Shown: piece by piece, positions 1 to 13,124 of the stretch
Position numbering within the stretch: the first letter of the stretch is position 1
Layout of the letters: the number at the start of each line of letters is the position of its first letter
Assembly (NCBI RefSeq): GCF_009914755.1
Contig: NC_060934.1
Direction: 5' to 3' (one strand)
Length of the DNA stretch: 64,000 bases
From: the human T2T-CHM13v2.0 reference genome, Homo sapiens
Notes under the pieces: generated by a model
Database searches by the model: none
Seen by the model: the letters and a program-made list of their open reading frames with translations, nothing else
Told to the model about the DNA's origin: nothing
Made by a program: the position numbers and the translations under genes

Positions 1-619
1 AAGCTAACTTTGGGAGAAGAAATTTAGTTTATAGTTTAACCTTAACGCAATGATGATAATAGCCTTCCCTAAAACTAAACTTCCTTTATAAAACCCATGA
101 AAGGCCACAGGTTAGGATTATGAGAGGGGCCTGAATTCTGCTAAGATGTAGGCATAAAGGATAGCCAGCCGTTGTTCTGCAGGTCACAAAATTTGTAACG
201 TTCCCAATTATTACTGTAGATAACATCATTATTGTAAAACCTAAGATTGGCCTTTTGAGATTTTTTTTAGACTTTTGCATTTCTGAAGATCGGCTGACTC
301 TCCTCTGGCTGCAACTCCTGACTCAACATGTCTTGTGGCCTCCATCCAGAGGCAGAAGCAGTGCACGAGGACCATTTTCCACACTCCCTATGATTTCATT
401 CCCAACCAATCAACATTTCCCACTCCCTAGCCCCCGGACCATCAAACTATCCTTGAAAAACCCTAACCTCTCTGCCTTTCGGGGGACTGGTTTAAGTGGT
501 AACTCCATCAACCATTATGGCCAGACTTGCATCAGTTAAACTCTTTACTACAAAGCCACAATCTCAGTGAATTGATTTTGTCTATGTAGTGGGCAGGAAG
601 AACCCATCAGGTGATCACA
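1..619 (+). mobile_element. ERV1 LTR, LTR8 family (5' part lies outside the window)
   Basis: Matches recalled LTR8 motifs (GCTAACTTTGGGAGAA, CCTAAGATTGGCCTTTTGAGAT, GAGGACCATTTTCCACAC) and the terminus GGGCAGGAAGAACCCATCAGGTGATCACA at 619. Confidence 0.75.
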
Positions 620-959
620 GGACTTTATATCACAAATATTCCATTTAAGTCATGGCAATACACTGACTTTGGGCAAATCAGTTTATCTTTTGGGGCCTTC
701 ATTGTCTCACCTATAAAATGTAAAATAATTTTACCTGCCCTCTTTATTTCCTAAAGTTGTTGTGAGGGTTGCATGGTATCATATTTTGAAATGGTCCTAT
801 AATTTAGAAATAATCATATAGAAAGAGATCAATGGTGAATATGTTGCATTTTATAGGAGAGGCAACAGGGTTCGGAGAACCTAACTGACTTTCCCAAAGC
901 AATGAGTTAATTATTATCTGTCAGTACTTATGCGATAATGAACATAACGATAGCAATAA

Positions 960-1195
960 ACATAGCTAGTACTTACTGAAAATTTACTGTGTGATAACCA
1001 CTCTTTCAAGCATTCTGTATGTTAATATACGTAGTCCTTTCTGAAACAAACTATGAAGTAGCTACTCTTATTATCCACATTTTTCCGGTGAGCAATATCA
1101 GAGAGAGATTTAAGTAACTTGTCTAAGGTTATGCAATTAGCAAATGGTAGAGCCAGTATTTCAACCCGGGAGTCTAGGTTCAGAATCTATATTTA
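960..1195 (-). mobile_element. MIR SINE fragment (further MIR pieces at about 660-780 and 845-900)
   Basis: Degenerate MIR core ATTATCCACATTTT...TAAGTAACTTGTCTAAGGT...GTAGAGCCAGTATTTCAACCC. Confidence 0.7.
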
Positions 1196-2128
1196 CAGAA
1201 CAAATTACGGTCATATTTATGTTTTTTGCAGATGTGAAAGATCCGCTTTCAATCAATTCCCAACAGTTGATTGAGCCTCAGTGATGAACATTAGGATAAT
1301 ACTTGCCACTTTCTAAAGCCTCATTAGTAAATGTAATCATTTTCTAATCTTGGGGAAGTTGTTCTTTTTTGTCTAGGTCTTTGCATGGAGATTTGGTGAC
1401 TGTGTTGGTGTTTTACTTTGTTTTATTCTATTTCCTTTATTGTTCGTCCACCAATTTGTTGTGTATTATATCTGAACCCCTTGATCTGTGAATCAGCCCG
1501 GCTAAACTCTTATGTCTTGTATCATAATACACTTTACAAATGAAATCTCACCCCATGGCTTACATTTCAGTCCTGACTTTAAGTTAACTACCAGGCTAAA
1601 CTCAGTAACAGTTCTAGCAACTGCCCTCACTAAAAATACATATGGGATTTCTAATCAAGTCTTGATAATCTGCCCTCGGTAAAAATCATTGTTAGTCTTT
1701 TAAAAATGAAGAACTCTGTCTCCCTTTCTGTCTCTTTTTCTCTTTCCCTCTCTTTCTCTCTCTCACACACACAAATATACATGCTCACGCAGAAAAAAAT
1801 TTCTAAAGTGTCTTGCTGTTTGATTTAAAAAAAAAAAATGGACTTTGTGCTACAGACCAAAGTCTAGGTTAGTCATTAAACATTTAAGATATCATGTTCT
1901 TGGTATTGAATGAAAAGCTCCCAAAATTTAGTCCATGATAGTTCATTGCCAAAATAAAGAAGCGAAAATGTAAAGCCAGAGTGAAATCGTTCTGCACAGT
2001 TGCTTAAAAGCTGAAGATTGTCTGGGGATCATTATAGGATTTAGTGGCTGTTTTATGCACACACATATGGATTACACATGGATTACAAAAAGTCAACTGC
2101 ATAGTAATTAATTCCTCTGATACTGTGT

Positions 2129-2817
2129 AGTTAGGGTTGATAGTTAGGTAGACATGAGCAGTGTGGGAGAGGATTCCCCCCCCTCCCGCCCATAAATGTC
2201 AGACAACCATCAGGTGATGGTCAGGCAGTTGTTAAAACGTTTCTCTAAAATAACTGGTTGCAGCCAATGCCAGGGAAAAGCAGTCTCCCAATAGATAGAA
2301 AACACCTGAAGCTGGTGATCAGCAGCTTCCCAATAAGATCTCAGGATTTGGGCAAGTGGGCTCAAGCATGCACACTAAGAGGCAAAATGGTGGAGTTTAA
2401 CTGGTATATGCCCTTCCTCTAGGAACACTTGACTGGTAAAGGAAAAACACCTCAAATCAGTATGCACACAACTTCAGTAAACACACTGTGAATGGGACCC
2501 CTCCCAAGTGCAGACAACCTGCTCCAAGGAAAAATCTAGGAAGGAGAGATGCAAAACCCTGAAATCATACCAATACATAAAACTCCAAGTCAAAGGTCAA
2601 ACAGGGCAGTTGGATTTCTCAACCTGCCCTGCTGGCCCTCTTCCAAGTGTATTTTGCTTCCTTTTTCCTGCTCCAAAACTTTTTAATAAACTTTTACTCC
2701 TGTTCAAAAACTTGCCTCGGTCTCTCACTCTGCCTTACGCCCCTGAAATGAATTCTTTCCTCTGAGGAGGTAAGAATCCAGTTGCTGCAGGCCAATATGA
2801 ATTCATTGGTGCCAACA
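2129..2817 (+). mobile_element. MER50 solo LTR (ERV1)
   Basis: GTTAGGTAGACATGAGCA, ACCATCAGGTGATGGTCAGG and CAGTCTCCCAATAGATAGAAAACACCTGAA match recalled MER50. AATAAA near 2685, terminal ...AACA, imperfect 4-bp TSD GTGT/GTAT. Confidence 0.85.
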
Positions 2818-3446
2818 GTATCACAGGCTGGGCTCCTGATACATATGTTATATAACTATATAGAGAGAATTATGTTATATAAATATGACTGTTAATATTT
2901 TGTTTGACAAATGGTGAAAACATGTATATCAAAGTGACGCTAAAGTGGCTACTTTGCAGATTAGCCACAAGAATCCTTTGCACAGGGGCACCATTGTACA
3001 GGTACACAAATCTGTAATTTCCTTTTTTTTTTTGTTTGTTTCTGTAGAAAGTCCACATATGCCAAGCTTGCTAGGTAAGTGTCACAACAGTAGTAAACTG
3101 CTGATTTTACAAGCCCAACTTCTTTCCCCTTCCTTTTTGGAACAGGATTATAGCTTTTATTTGAGGAATCACCTCTTCCCAGGTGCATGTGGTTTTGGTA
3201 CAACTTCTAGCCAGGTAGACTTTCATGACTACTGGTGACATGAGTCAGGCCAGGCTGACTCTTCTTCTCTGAAATTTGTCTCTTCAGAAGAATAATATAA
3301 GCCCAGGAAATGTGTAGAGCTGATCAGTCCCAGCTGTGGAGATCTCAGTGTACTTTCCATTTTAAGTCTTCTTACCTCTACCTAGACTTTGTCCTTTCTA
3401 AAAATAAAAACCAGTACTTAATTAACTATTTTATCTAGCATGTTTT

Positions 3447-4117
3447 TGTTAAATAAAAAAAAAATCCAGATTTAGTAAGAAGAGACTTTATTCAAAATGT
3501 TTATTGCAGTGAAGGATAGAGGAAGAGAAGGGGTTAATGTAATATGAGGAGGGGCTCTGTTGCAATAAAGAGAAGGCTCTGACCAAAAGATCTGCAACCA
3601 TTCTCAAAGGTTAGGAAAAAAGAGTTTTTCTTTTAAACGGAGGAGTAAACAAGATTAAACAACCCAGATATGGGAAAGTAGGGTGAAAGGGTGGCTTGAT
3701 GAAGAGTAGAAGAGAGAATGTTTTGCCCTGAGGCTAGCCTATTCTTAGAGGGCTATTAAGGAGTTGTTTGCTGCCTTAGGCTGAGGATAGGTCAAACTTC
3801 AGGGGGCCTAAGGGAAGGAGACAAACTCAACCAGAGTTTGGTTAACAAGCATTTTGTTGAAACTGATCAGTGGGAACAATTGGTTCAGCTAATTATTCAT
3901 GAAAGTAAAAAAAAAAGAAAAGAAAAGAAATGAAAAAGAAAAAGGAATTTGTAGGGTCTGTAAAAGGTCTTGCCATAGGTAAACAAGGTGGGTGTCCATG
4001 AATCATATTTAAGTCATATAGTGAAGGGTGGTTCCTTGAAGCTGTTTCCCAGAACACAAAGAGGATTTCTTAAACATTGTGGTTTTCAGGATCCCAGGGT
4101 TTCAGTAAAGTTTAACA
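3447..4117 (-). mobile_element. ERV1-type solo LTR, probably MER67-like
   Basis: TGTT...AACA termini; minus strand begins TGTTAAACTTTACTGAAACCCTG; TTTATT (minus-strand AATAAA) near 3488. Family name recalled and uncertain. Confidence 0.5.
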
Positions 4118-6190
4118 TTGACCATTTCTATTGCTGGCAACAAAAGAATATGAAATAATGTACCACCTCAATCCCCACATGGTATGATCTGAAGCTGCTT
4201 TTAACATCATATGTCATCTGATGCATGATGCAAATAAAAGAAGAAAGAGAGGGAGGAAGGGAGAGAGGAAGGAAGTGAGGAAAGGAGAAAGACAAACAAG
4301 CAAAACCTATCCATATCATGGGAACTGGAGAGAATAGCAAGTCCACCCAAAACTCATACAAGAAAAGGGCATACTGCTCATAACCTAAAAACATGCAAAC
4401 CTGGGTCAAACAGGGTCACAAATGACTGCTCAACATGTTTTATCCTCCCTGTGAAATCTTTGGAGATGTTTTCCCACCTCCCTACTGTATCACAGAGAAA
4501 ACCACCAAAACCTGCCTTGCACACTAAACCTGGTGCAAGAACTGCATACACATGATGTAATGCATTGTCTCAAATGCCTCATCCTCCAAAATAAGAAAAG
4601 GAAAACCATGAAATGTGAGATACATTAATAAGACAAAGAACTTTTCTCTTTGTATTTTCTAGTCTTTGTTGTGAAGATGTTCACAGAGTTATTGTAAATT
4701 TCTCAGCATCATTTCAAATGTGAGTGCATGCTAGATAAATAACCTCAAAGAATTCCTGATGGGCACACTGCATAATAATCCATAATCACTCCAGGAACAA
4801 AATAAAGCCCACTTAAAATATCCTCTTATTTGAAGTAAAATGTATCACAGTACAACATACTCATTGCAAAAGACAAGAATATGCAAATCTCCTCCCCACC
4901 CCTTTGACCATCATGGTTGATGTCCTTATTACAGCAATTGGTCAGCAAAGAGAAAACTTGGTAGTAATACTCAAACAACCAACATAAGGTTAATACGGTT
5001 TTTTAACAGAAAGGAAAATAATGATACTTGACTTGAAATGCCTATAAGTTCCTCATTAGGATCTCAAAAACACATTATAAATTGTCATTTTTCTCCTAGG
5101 ACATGATTCGATTGTTTCTGGCTTGTAACTGATCATCACCTCTTTATGCCTATTTTATGGAGTCCCCTCATGAACAGCAATCTGCTTCTCTTAATAGCAC
5201 CTTCTTTATAGAGCACATCATTTTCATTTACCTGCTCTTGGACTGTGTGTTAAATCCAACTAAATCAATTTTAACAAGCCCCTTCTTCAATTGTGAAGAG
5301 GCAATTAGCACCCAGTGATGTCACCCAAATTCCCGTAATTATGAAGCAAATGTCTTCCATCTTTCTTCATAGTTTTAAAATTCTGACGACTTGGCATTGT
5401 TACTGGTCCATTCACGAATAGAATTTAATTTGTCTTTTTTTAAAACAGTCCCATTTCCCCTAAGTTGTCTGAGTTATATAAGAAAAGAAAATATCCTGAC
5501 ACCCAGAGAAATATCTATGAAATACCTTAGTTTTTATGATGCTCCTGCCTCAGAGGAATTCTCTATTAAGAAAGGGGTTGATTCTAGGAGAATATGGTGT
5601 CTAGTTGACAGAAATTTTCTGCTCCTTCTCTCATATTCTACCCTGATCTGTCTGCCTAAGTGTAAAATCTTCTCACTAGTTTCTTTTTAGCTTTCTGGTT
5701 CTTTAATTCTGGTCTCATTACATTATGCTAATCCTCATCTTGCTGAATTTGTTGCCTATTAGACCACATGCTGAAATAATCAAAATCCCTCTGTGTTACA
5801 GAGTCACGATCTTTTTATCTCTCTCTTGGCTGAATGCCTCCTAGATCATTTCAGGATGCAGATCTTTCCAGTGACTAGAAGTCTCTCTTCCCATCCCAGC
5901 CTCTTCTATATCAAATACCATAAGAATGGCAGTGAGCTGTTTGAAAATTTGATGCCTTTGATTATTTAAAAGAGACCTGTTCTCAAAGTTCCCTTTATTT
6001 CGAAGAGGAGACAAAGTTTGTTTCAGTCTGGAAATGGATTTAAAGTTGTCTCAATTCTATGTCCAGGGAAAATGGCCTATGTTATAAAAGCAGATCCATA
6101 TGTTTCTATATATGGTAATTTCACTGGAAGCTTCCTTTTTTTAAAATCATAGATAAATGACAACATGCCATGGCTTGCTTTCTATGTTTA

Positions 6191-6641
<451 letters not shown>

Positions 6642-7855
6642 TAAATATTATTAAACAATGAACACTTATTGTCATGTATAAGCTGCAAGATGGAGGGAGG
6701 AGTAAAAAAAGAGTAAGGTGACTTAACACTGTCGTACCTTCAATGGCACTAATGATCTCATGGGAGAAAAAGAGAAAAACTTAAGAAACAGCATAGAGGT
6801 CCTTTTGAAAAACCTAAGAATTTTTAAAAATTCTTTGGGTTAAGTAATGAAAGGCAAGGGCAAGTAGCTTGTGAACAATCTCCTGAGCAATGTTGTTCTG
6901 TGTGTTTACTGGGCTCCCAAGCCTGAAATTATCTTCCCTCTATACCACCTAAATGTGTTCACTTATCCTCAAGCCATCTGAAATCACATTAATTAAACAA
7001 ATTGTGTTAAATAAAAATGGTTCTTAAAAAATAAAAATGCTATTGGGAGTGTTATCATTCTATCAGTACCTCTGAATCCTGTGTGAATTATTCAGTTTGC
7101 ATTTATTTGACAAATAGATAAGACCAGAAGTACCAAGGAGATGGGACAGGAAAGGAGGGTGTACTCTTGGGGCATGAGACATGGTGGGGTGGAAGATAGG
7201 CAAGAGTGGGCCATCACAGTGGGAGGTTTAGGAACATATAAAAGCCTAGATGACAAGTAGAAGGTAAGAGAAGTAGAGAGACAAAAGAGGCTCCCAAAAT
7301 AAATCTTCTTCTTCAGTTTGCCTAGAGTCAGCCATCTCCTCTAGAATGGGGAAGAAATGGTGCTACCTTCTATTTAGATCCTCACCCCTTTTTGTTCTTT
7401 CTTTTTTTTTCTTTTCCTCTTATCTTTCACTTTCACTTCATCTTCTCCTCTTACTCTTTCTCTTCTCTCCATCTTTTGATTCTGTGCTTCAAAAATTCAA
7501 CCACCACACCAGTATTATATATATTCAGTTGCATTACATGTTAAATCAGTTTGGGGATCCTGGTCTGACAAAGGAATTATCATTCTAAAAGAAATGTGTT
7601 AAGAATTTGCAACAACCAAATTACGCCACATTTTGGAACAAAAACAATGTGTAAATCAGGTCCAGAATACCATCGGCACGCTAAGGCATGGATTACATAG
7701 CTTCTGGTTATACTGATCCTTACTGATTTCCCAAGCATAGCCAACTCTGGGTGGCATGGGCCTGCTTCCAGCTCAGATTCGTGACAAACGTGCTGGGAAA
7801 TGATAGAAACACAGAAGATAAAACACACTTTTTTTCCCTTCCCCAAAATTACCAC

Positions 7856-8161
7856 TTTTTTTTTTTTTTTTTTTTTTTTTGAGACACGTTCCACTCTGTC
7901 ACTTAGGCTGGAGTGCAGTGATACCATCTCAGCTCACTGTAGCCTCAACCTCCTGGGCTCAAGGGATCTTGCCACCTCAGCCTCCCGAGTAGCTGGGACT
8001 ACAGGTGTGTGCCACCATGCTCAGCTAATTTTTAAATTTTTTATAGAGATGGGGGTCTTACTATGTTGCCCATGTTGGTCTTGAACCCCTGGGCTCAAGC
8101 AATTCTTCCACATTGGCCTTGCAAAGTGCTGGGCTTACAGCCTGAGCCACTGCCCCCAGCC
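7856..8161 (-). mobile_element. AluJ
   Basis: Poly-T, then AluJ-type diagnostics (TGTAGCCTCAACCTCCTGGGCTCAAG, CTATGTTGCCC). Confidence 0.93.
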
Positions 8162-10539
8162 TGCCACAGCTTTGACTGTGCTCCTGTTGGTTATATCCAT
8201 TCAGAAATAATCTCGTTAGTATCACTGTATCATAAATGCTTCCTTGCTTTCATTTTATTGAATATTTTTGGAATCCATCCAAGATACTTTCTATTCTTGA
8301 TCACTTCATTAAAACCATGAAAGAATATGTTCAGGGTTTAATGTTGTGTCCTGATATTTTTCTGTATGAATCTTATATCCCCAAAGTCTGACCAGAGTTG
8401 ATAGAAATAGATCTTTCCCTTACAGGGAAGGAAATTTTAGTGGAATAGGTCTTCCTTTCTGAATGTAACATTTTCACATAGTGTTTGTTAATTCATGGAT
8501 GTATAGCTATTCTTGAGTTTACCATGCGATGTTGGTTAAATCATAACTGAAGTCTATTCTCTAGTTTACCAAGGGTCAAAGCCTATTTCATTTAAGCCAC
8601 ACTTGTACTCATTATATACGGCAAGGTATAAAAAGCCAAAAACTACAGAGTACAGAAATGTTCTATACACTCATGGACTGATAGATAATTATGGGTGTGG
8701 TTCCCTTTAGTAGAGCTACCATCTCCATTACAGATCCACCATTAGGCCAAATTCCGATATCCGTAGCATGTTTTCTCTCATCCTCATTCAGTCTTTCCTA
8801 CTGCCATTGTGTTTCTATCTACAATTGCAGAGAAAGTCCATCTAAATTCATGATTTCATTTGGGTCACTTATAATTGCCTATTTTGATTCCCATGAGAAC
8901 CTGGCATTAAATGGTTAAACAGTAGACAAAAGGTGGCATTACTCGGAAGAGGCCTTAAAACACAAGAATATAATACAACTATGTCTGTAATTTAGTAAAT
9001 ATAGTCAATATGGTAAATTTTAGTGTTGAATTAACATATGAAACAAAATAAATGTACCACCATATAAGAATAAAATCAGTCCTCCAGAGAGCTAGCAGAT
9101 GGTTAAGCTTGGATTTAGAGGTCTAAGAATTGTCTTGTTACTTCTATAACCTTCATGATACCCTCTTACCTTCTCATCTAGGTGTGTAACATGCATCCCA
9201 CCCAAAACATGTGCTTGCAAATAATGCTTTAGAGAGTAACATGAACTTAGACAAGCCTATGGACCATCTGAATTCAGAATCTGCTTTTACCTGTGGCCAC
9301 AGAGGTCTATTTACCTCCAATCTCTAGCAGTCTACTAGACTTAACTGATCCCATAAAGCTGTACCAAAATTCTTCCAACTCTTCAAATGCAAAAAAAAAA
9401 AAAAAAAAAAAAAAAACAGCCTTCTGTTTTTGGAGTTCTACCTCTGGCAGTTTCTTCCTACTTCACTCTCACGAATTCAGGGCACAGTAAATGTCTCTTA
9501 CCAGGCTAGCTCAGCTTCTATGATATACTCTCATAGTATGCTAGTATGCTCTTTGTTTCTCTGTTAACACCCACACACACTGTAATAAACTCAGTTTGTG
9601 TAATAGTACAATGAGTTTAGAGATGAGATGATACAAGGTTGGCATCTAGAATGAAACAACTTCCCTCAGAGGTCCTCAGAATTCCCTGGGAGTGGCAGCC
9701 TCTCAAGCAGCACTGTCTTGGTACATTCTGTGGCCATTGCGAAATTCCCCAAACATTCTGTAACAAAGGTTATAAAGATGGTCCTTGATTGGCAGGTGTC
9801 GAGGGAGAACTTTGCAAAAGAATTTTATGCAAAATTGGAGTTGAGTTCCAGGGTAGACTGGGTACGGACCTCATCCTCACTGGTTAGAAACAATGGAAAA
9901 CCCCACATGGAAAGTCGCTGGTTTAACAGCATTGAGGCAGGTTGGATCCCAGGGCCAGAAGAGGAAAGTGATTAAAATAAGATAGGAGATGGTGTTTCAC
10001 CATTTCCTTACTCAGACTCTATTTGTATCACCTAAAATTCCTCGGATATGCGCTTCCTGGGGAAGTGACTCATTCCTTCTCATGACTGCTTCATGCAGAA
10101 CACATAATATCTTAGGTAAAGGTAGTAAATACATTTTTAGGTCTGTCACAAAGGGCTGCCATTTTTGCCCTCTGTCACATCTGGTATCATCTCCTAGGTA
10201 CCAAATTAATTGTTTTTGTTCTCATTTTTTAGGAATTTACTGGCCACTAAATAATCATGTCAACCAGCCTGTTTTTGACTGGAGGCTTAGGGAAACACTG
10301 TGCTGGGAGGAAACAGTCCCAAACTCCTTTCGCTGTAATTTCAATCTTGTTCTTGTTTTATGTGGCTTTCCCTTGATTGTTAGATACACATATTTCTGGT
10401 AGGATCTTTTTCTTCTTCCTTTCTTCTCTACTGCTATTCCAAGGACTTAAATTTCCAGTCAAGTACCTCCTAACCCCACATTTCTTTATAGATTAATCTT
10501 ACAGTATAATCACACATTTTTAAGGAATCCTTTCTACTA

Positions 10540-10760
10540 AATAATAACTAACATTTGTTGAACTTTTACTATAGACTTGGCACCATTTTAGGCACTTTAC
10601 ATGTATTCGCTCTTTTGATCTGTATAGTAACTCTGTGGAGAAAGGTACTCTGCATGCTCTATAAATGAAGCAATTGAGACACAAACACAGCTAGTAAATG
10701 ACAGACTGGGATTCAAAGCCACAGAGTCTAGCTTCAGAGCCCAAATTCTTAGCTACATCA
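10540..10760 (-). mobile_element. MIR fragment (another at about 11230-11400)
   Basis: ACATTTGTTGAACTTTTACTAT...GGCACTTTACATGTATT...CAGCTAGTAAATGACAGACTGGGATTCAAA. Confidence 0.7.
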
Positions 10761-11789
10761 TTTTAATACGATTCAAGTGTCATCAATGGGGTTAAATATA
10801 TGCCAGCCCCATCACAAGATACAGCAAAATAATAGCAAGCACTTCACACAAAGCTAAGATCCAGATTAAAAGTTTGTGTTGAAATCACTAAATTAGCAAT
10901 TTCAACTTCTGAAACATAAATTGGATTGTAATAGATATCAATGGGAGGTCTTTGTTTAATCTGGGAAAATAATTATAGTCACCAATGGTATGGCACCTGC
11001 TATAAATAGGAAAAAGCAGTGGCACAGATCTACTGATGACTGGTACTATCGTATCTACTTTGGGAGATATGGATTTAATATTGGATCCAAAGCTGATTTT
11101 TAAAGGTCTGACCTTTAAAAATCTACTTTCCTAAGGCTCCATTTCCTCATATAAAAATGGTGCCGGGAAAAAACATTTCGCTAGATGTCTACTACATGAC
11201 AAGCTCTCTGTTGATAATGTGGATGCATTACTTCATTTAATAGTCTGATAGGTGTTTAGCATCATCTCCAATATATAGGTTGAGAACCTGAAGGTCACAG
11301 AAGTTAAATAACCTGACCAGAGACAATGGCTATTCAGTGACACAGCTAGAATTTGAATCTAGTTCTACTTGACTTTAATATCTCTCAAATTTCAGCTGCA
11401 CCACACCAGCTTATAGAGATAATATACTTGCTTGTAGAGATAATATGCTAGGACAGAATTTTGAGTTTTGAATGCAGAAATGTATAAGAAAAATAACTAA
11501 TGTTATGACATACCTGGTAAGCATTCAATGTTAGCTTAGCAGGGAGGCAAACTTGACTTTACAAAAAGTTTCCAAATTTTATATATTGGTTCTCTAAAGC
11601 AGAGATATGGTATCATAATCAGCTAAAAAATATTTATTAGTCACATTAAACAGCTTTCAGGATATCTCAACATCAGAAGAATGGATGTGTTATTTTAATT
11701 GTGGGGTTCTATGCCAACTATATAATTTACCTAATACCTAATAAAGCCTACATGTCCAGCTCTATAGAAGACACTGTCCACTGTTGGGC

Positions 11790-12246
11790 CCTATAACATG
11801 CCACCCAACTCTTTTCTATTTCAGTGTACATGGACTAGAATTTCAACTGCTGGCACATGGATACGTTTGCCATTCATGTCTGTCTTGGGACTCCAGAGCC
11901 TCTCTGCCTCTCTTCCCTGTAGCATGAAGTATCAGGGAATTAATGCCCACTAAGAGCAGCCCCCAAATAATGACTGAAGACAATTGGTGTATATATGGCC
12001 CAATTTCATCACCTCTCCATTGGTATAACTCTGGGTCCATGTTCCACACTATTTATTTTAGAGTTTTCCAGCTAAACTCACAATGAGTCACCCTAGTTGT
12101 TTACCATGGAAAGTAGCTTATTAAGCTACACATTCTTTATTTACCTCCTACGCTTTTCCATCTCCCTTCCCTGATTTCTTTACTAATCTATTTGCAATCA
12201 AATATTTGTCTCAGAATCTGCCTCTGTGGGACTGTAAAATAAGACA
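11790..12246 (+). mobile_element. ERVL LTR (LTR33/LTR16-like)
   Basis: AGGGAATTAATGCCC...AGCAGCCCCCAAATAATGACTGA and the 3' end CAAATATTTGTCTCAGAATCTGCCTCTG...TAAGACA are typical of LTR33/LTR16. Confidence 0.6.
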
Positions 12247-12765
12247 GATTACTTCAGACAATCACATTGGTGGAATTTGAGGACACCAAACAAAAACTCC
12301 TCTCTCCCTGCAGAGTTCTGTATTAATTAAAAGTTGTTGTAAGGGAATAAACCAAGTAGAGACCAGAAATATCTTTATTACTCATAAATCTGTTGAGTAT
12401 TTCTGGGCAAATTACCCTAACAATGACCTTCATAACTATGCAATAGCACCCTCAGTATCAGGTATCCCTGGACAGGGTATCTCCTGCTCCTTCCAGGTGA
12501 GAGGCAGCCCCCCTTAGGAAATACGGCAGAGAGAGTAGAAGCAAATAAGTCTTTGAGTATATTACCCTGATAGAAGGAAGAGAAGAGATCTCTCCATCTC
12601 TCTGGGGCAGAGTAAAAATGCAAAGAGAAATGAGAAATACTGTACTAGTTGGTATTAATCCACATGAAAAGAAACATCAAGAGTAGAGAAAACATGCTTC
12701 TAATATGTATTTAAAAACTTTGAGCCCATTAATATGTAAGACAGTACTTTGAACTTTGATGCTGA

Positions 12766-13124
<359 letters not shown>

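Noticed and set aside
9391-9416. Isolated poly(A) run as a retrocopy tail
   Set aside because: No recognisable upstream element or TSD.
9580-10402. ORFs 9718-9975 and 9989-10402 and LTR-like texture
   Set aside because: No homology recognised; probably an old LTR relic, but I cannot name or bound it.
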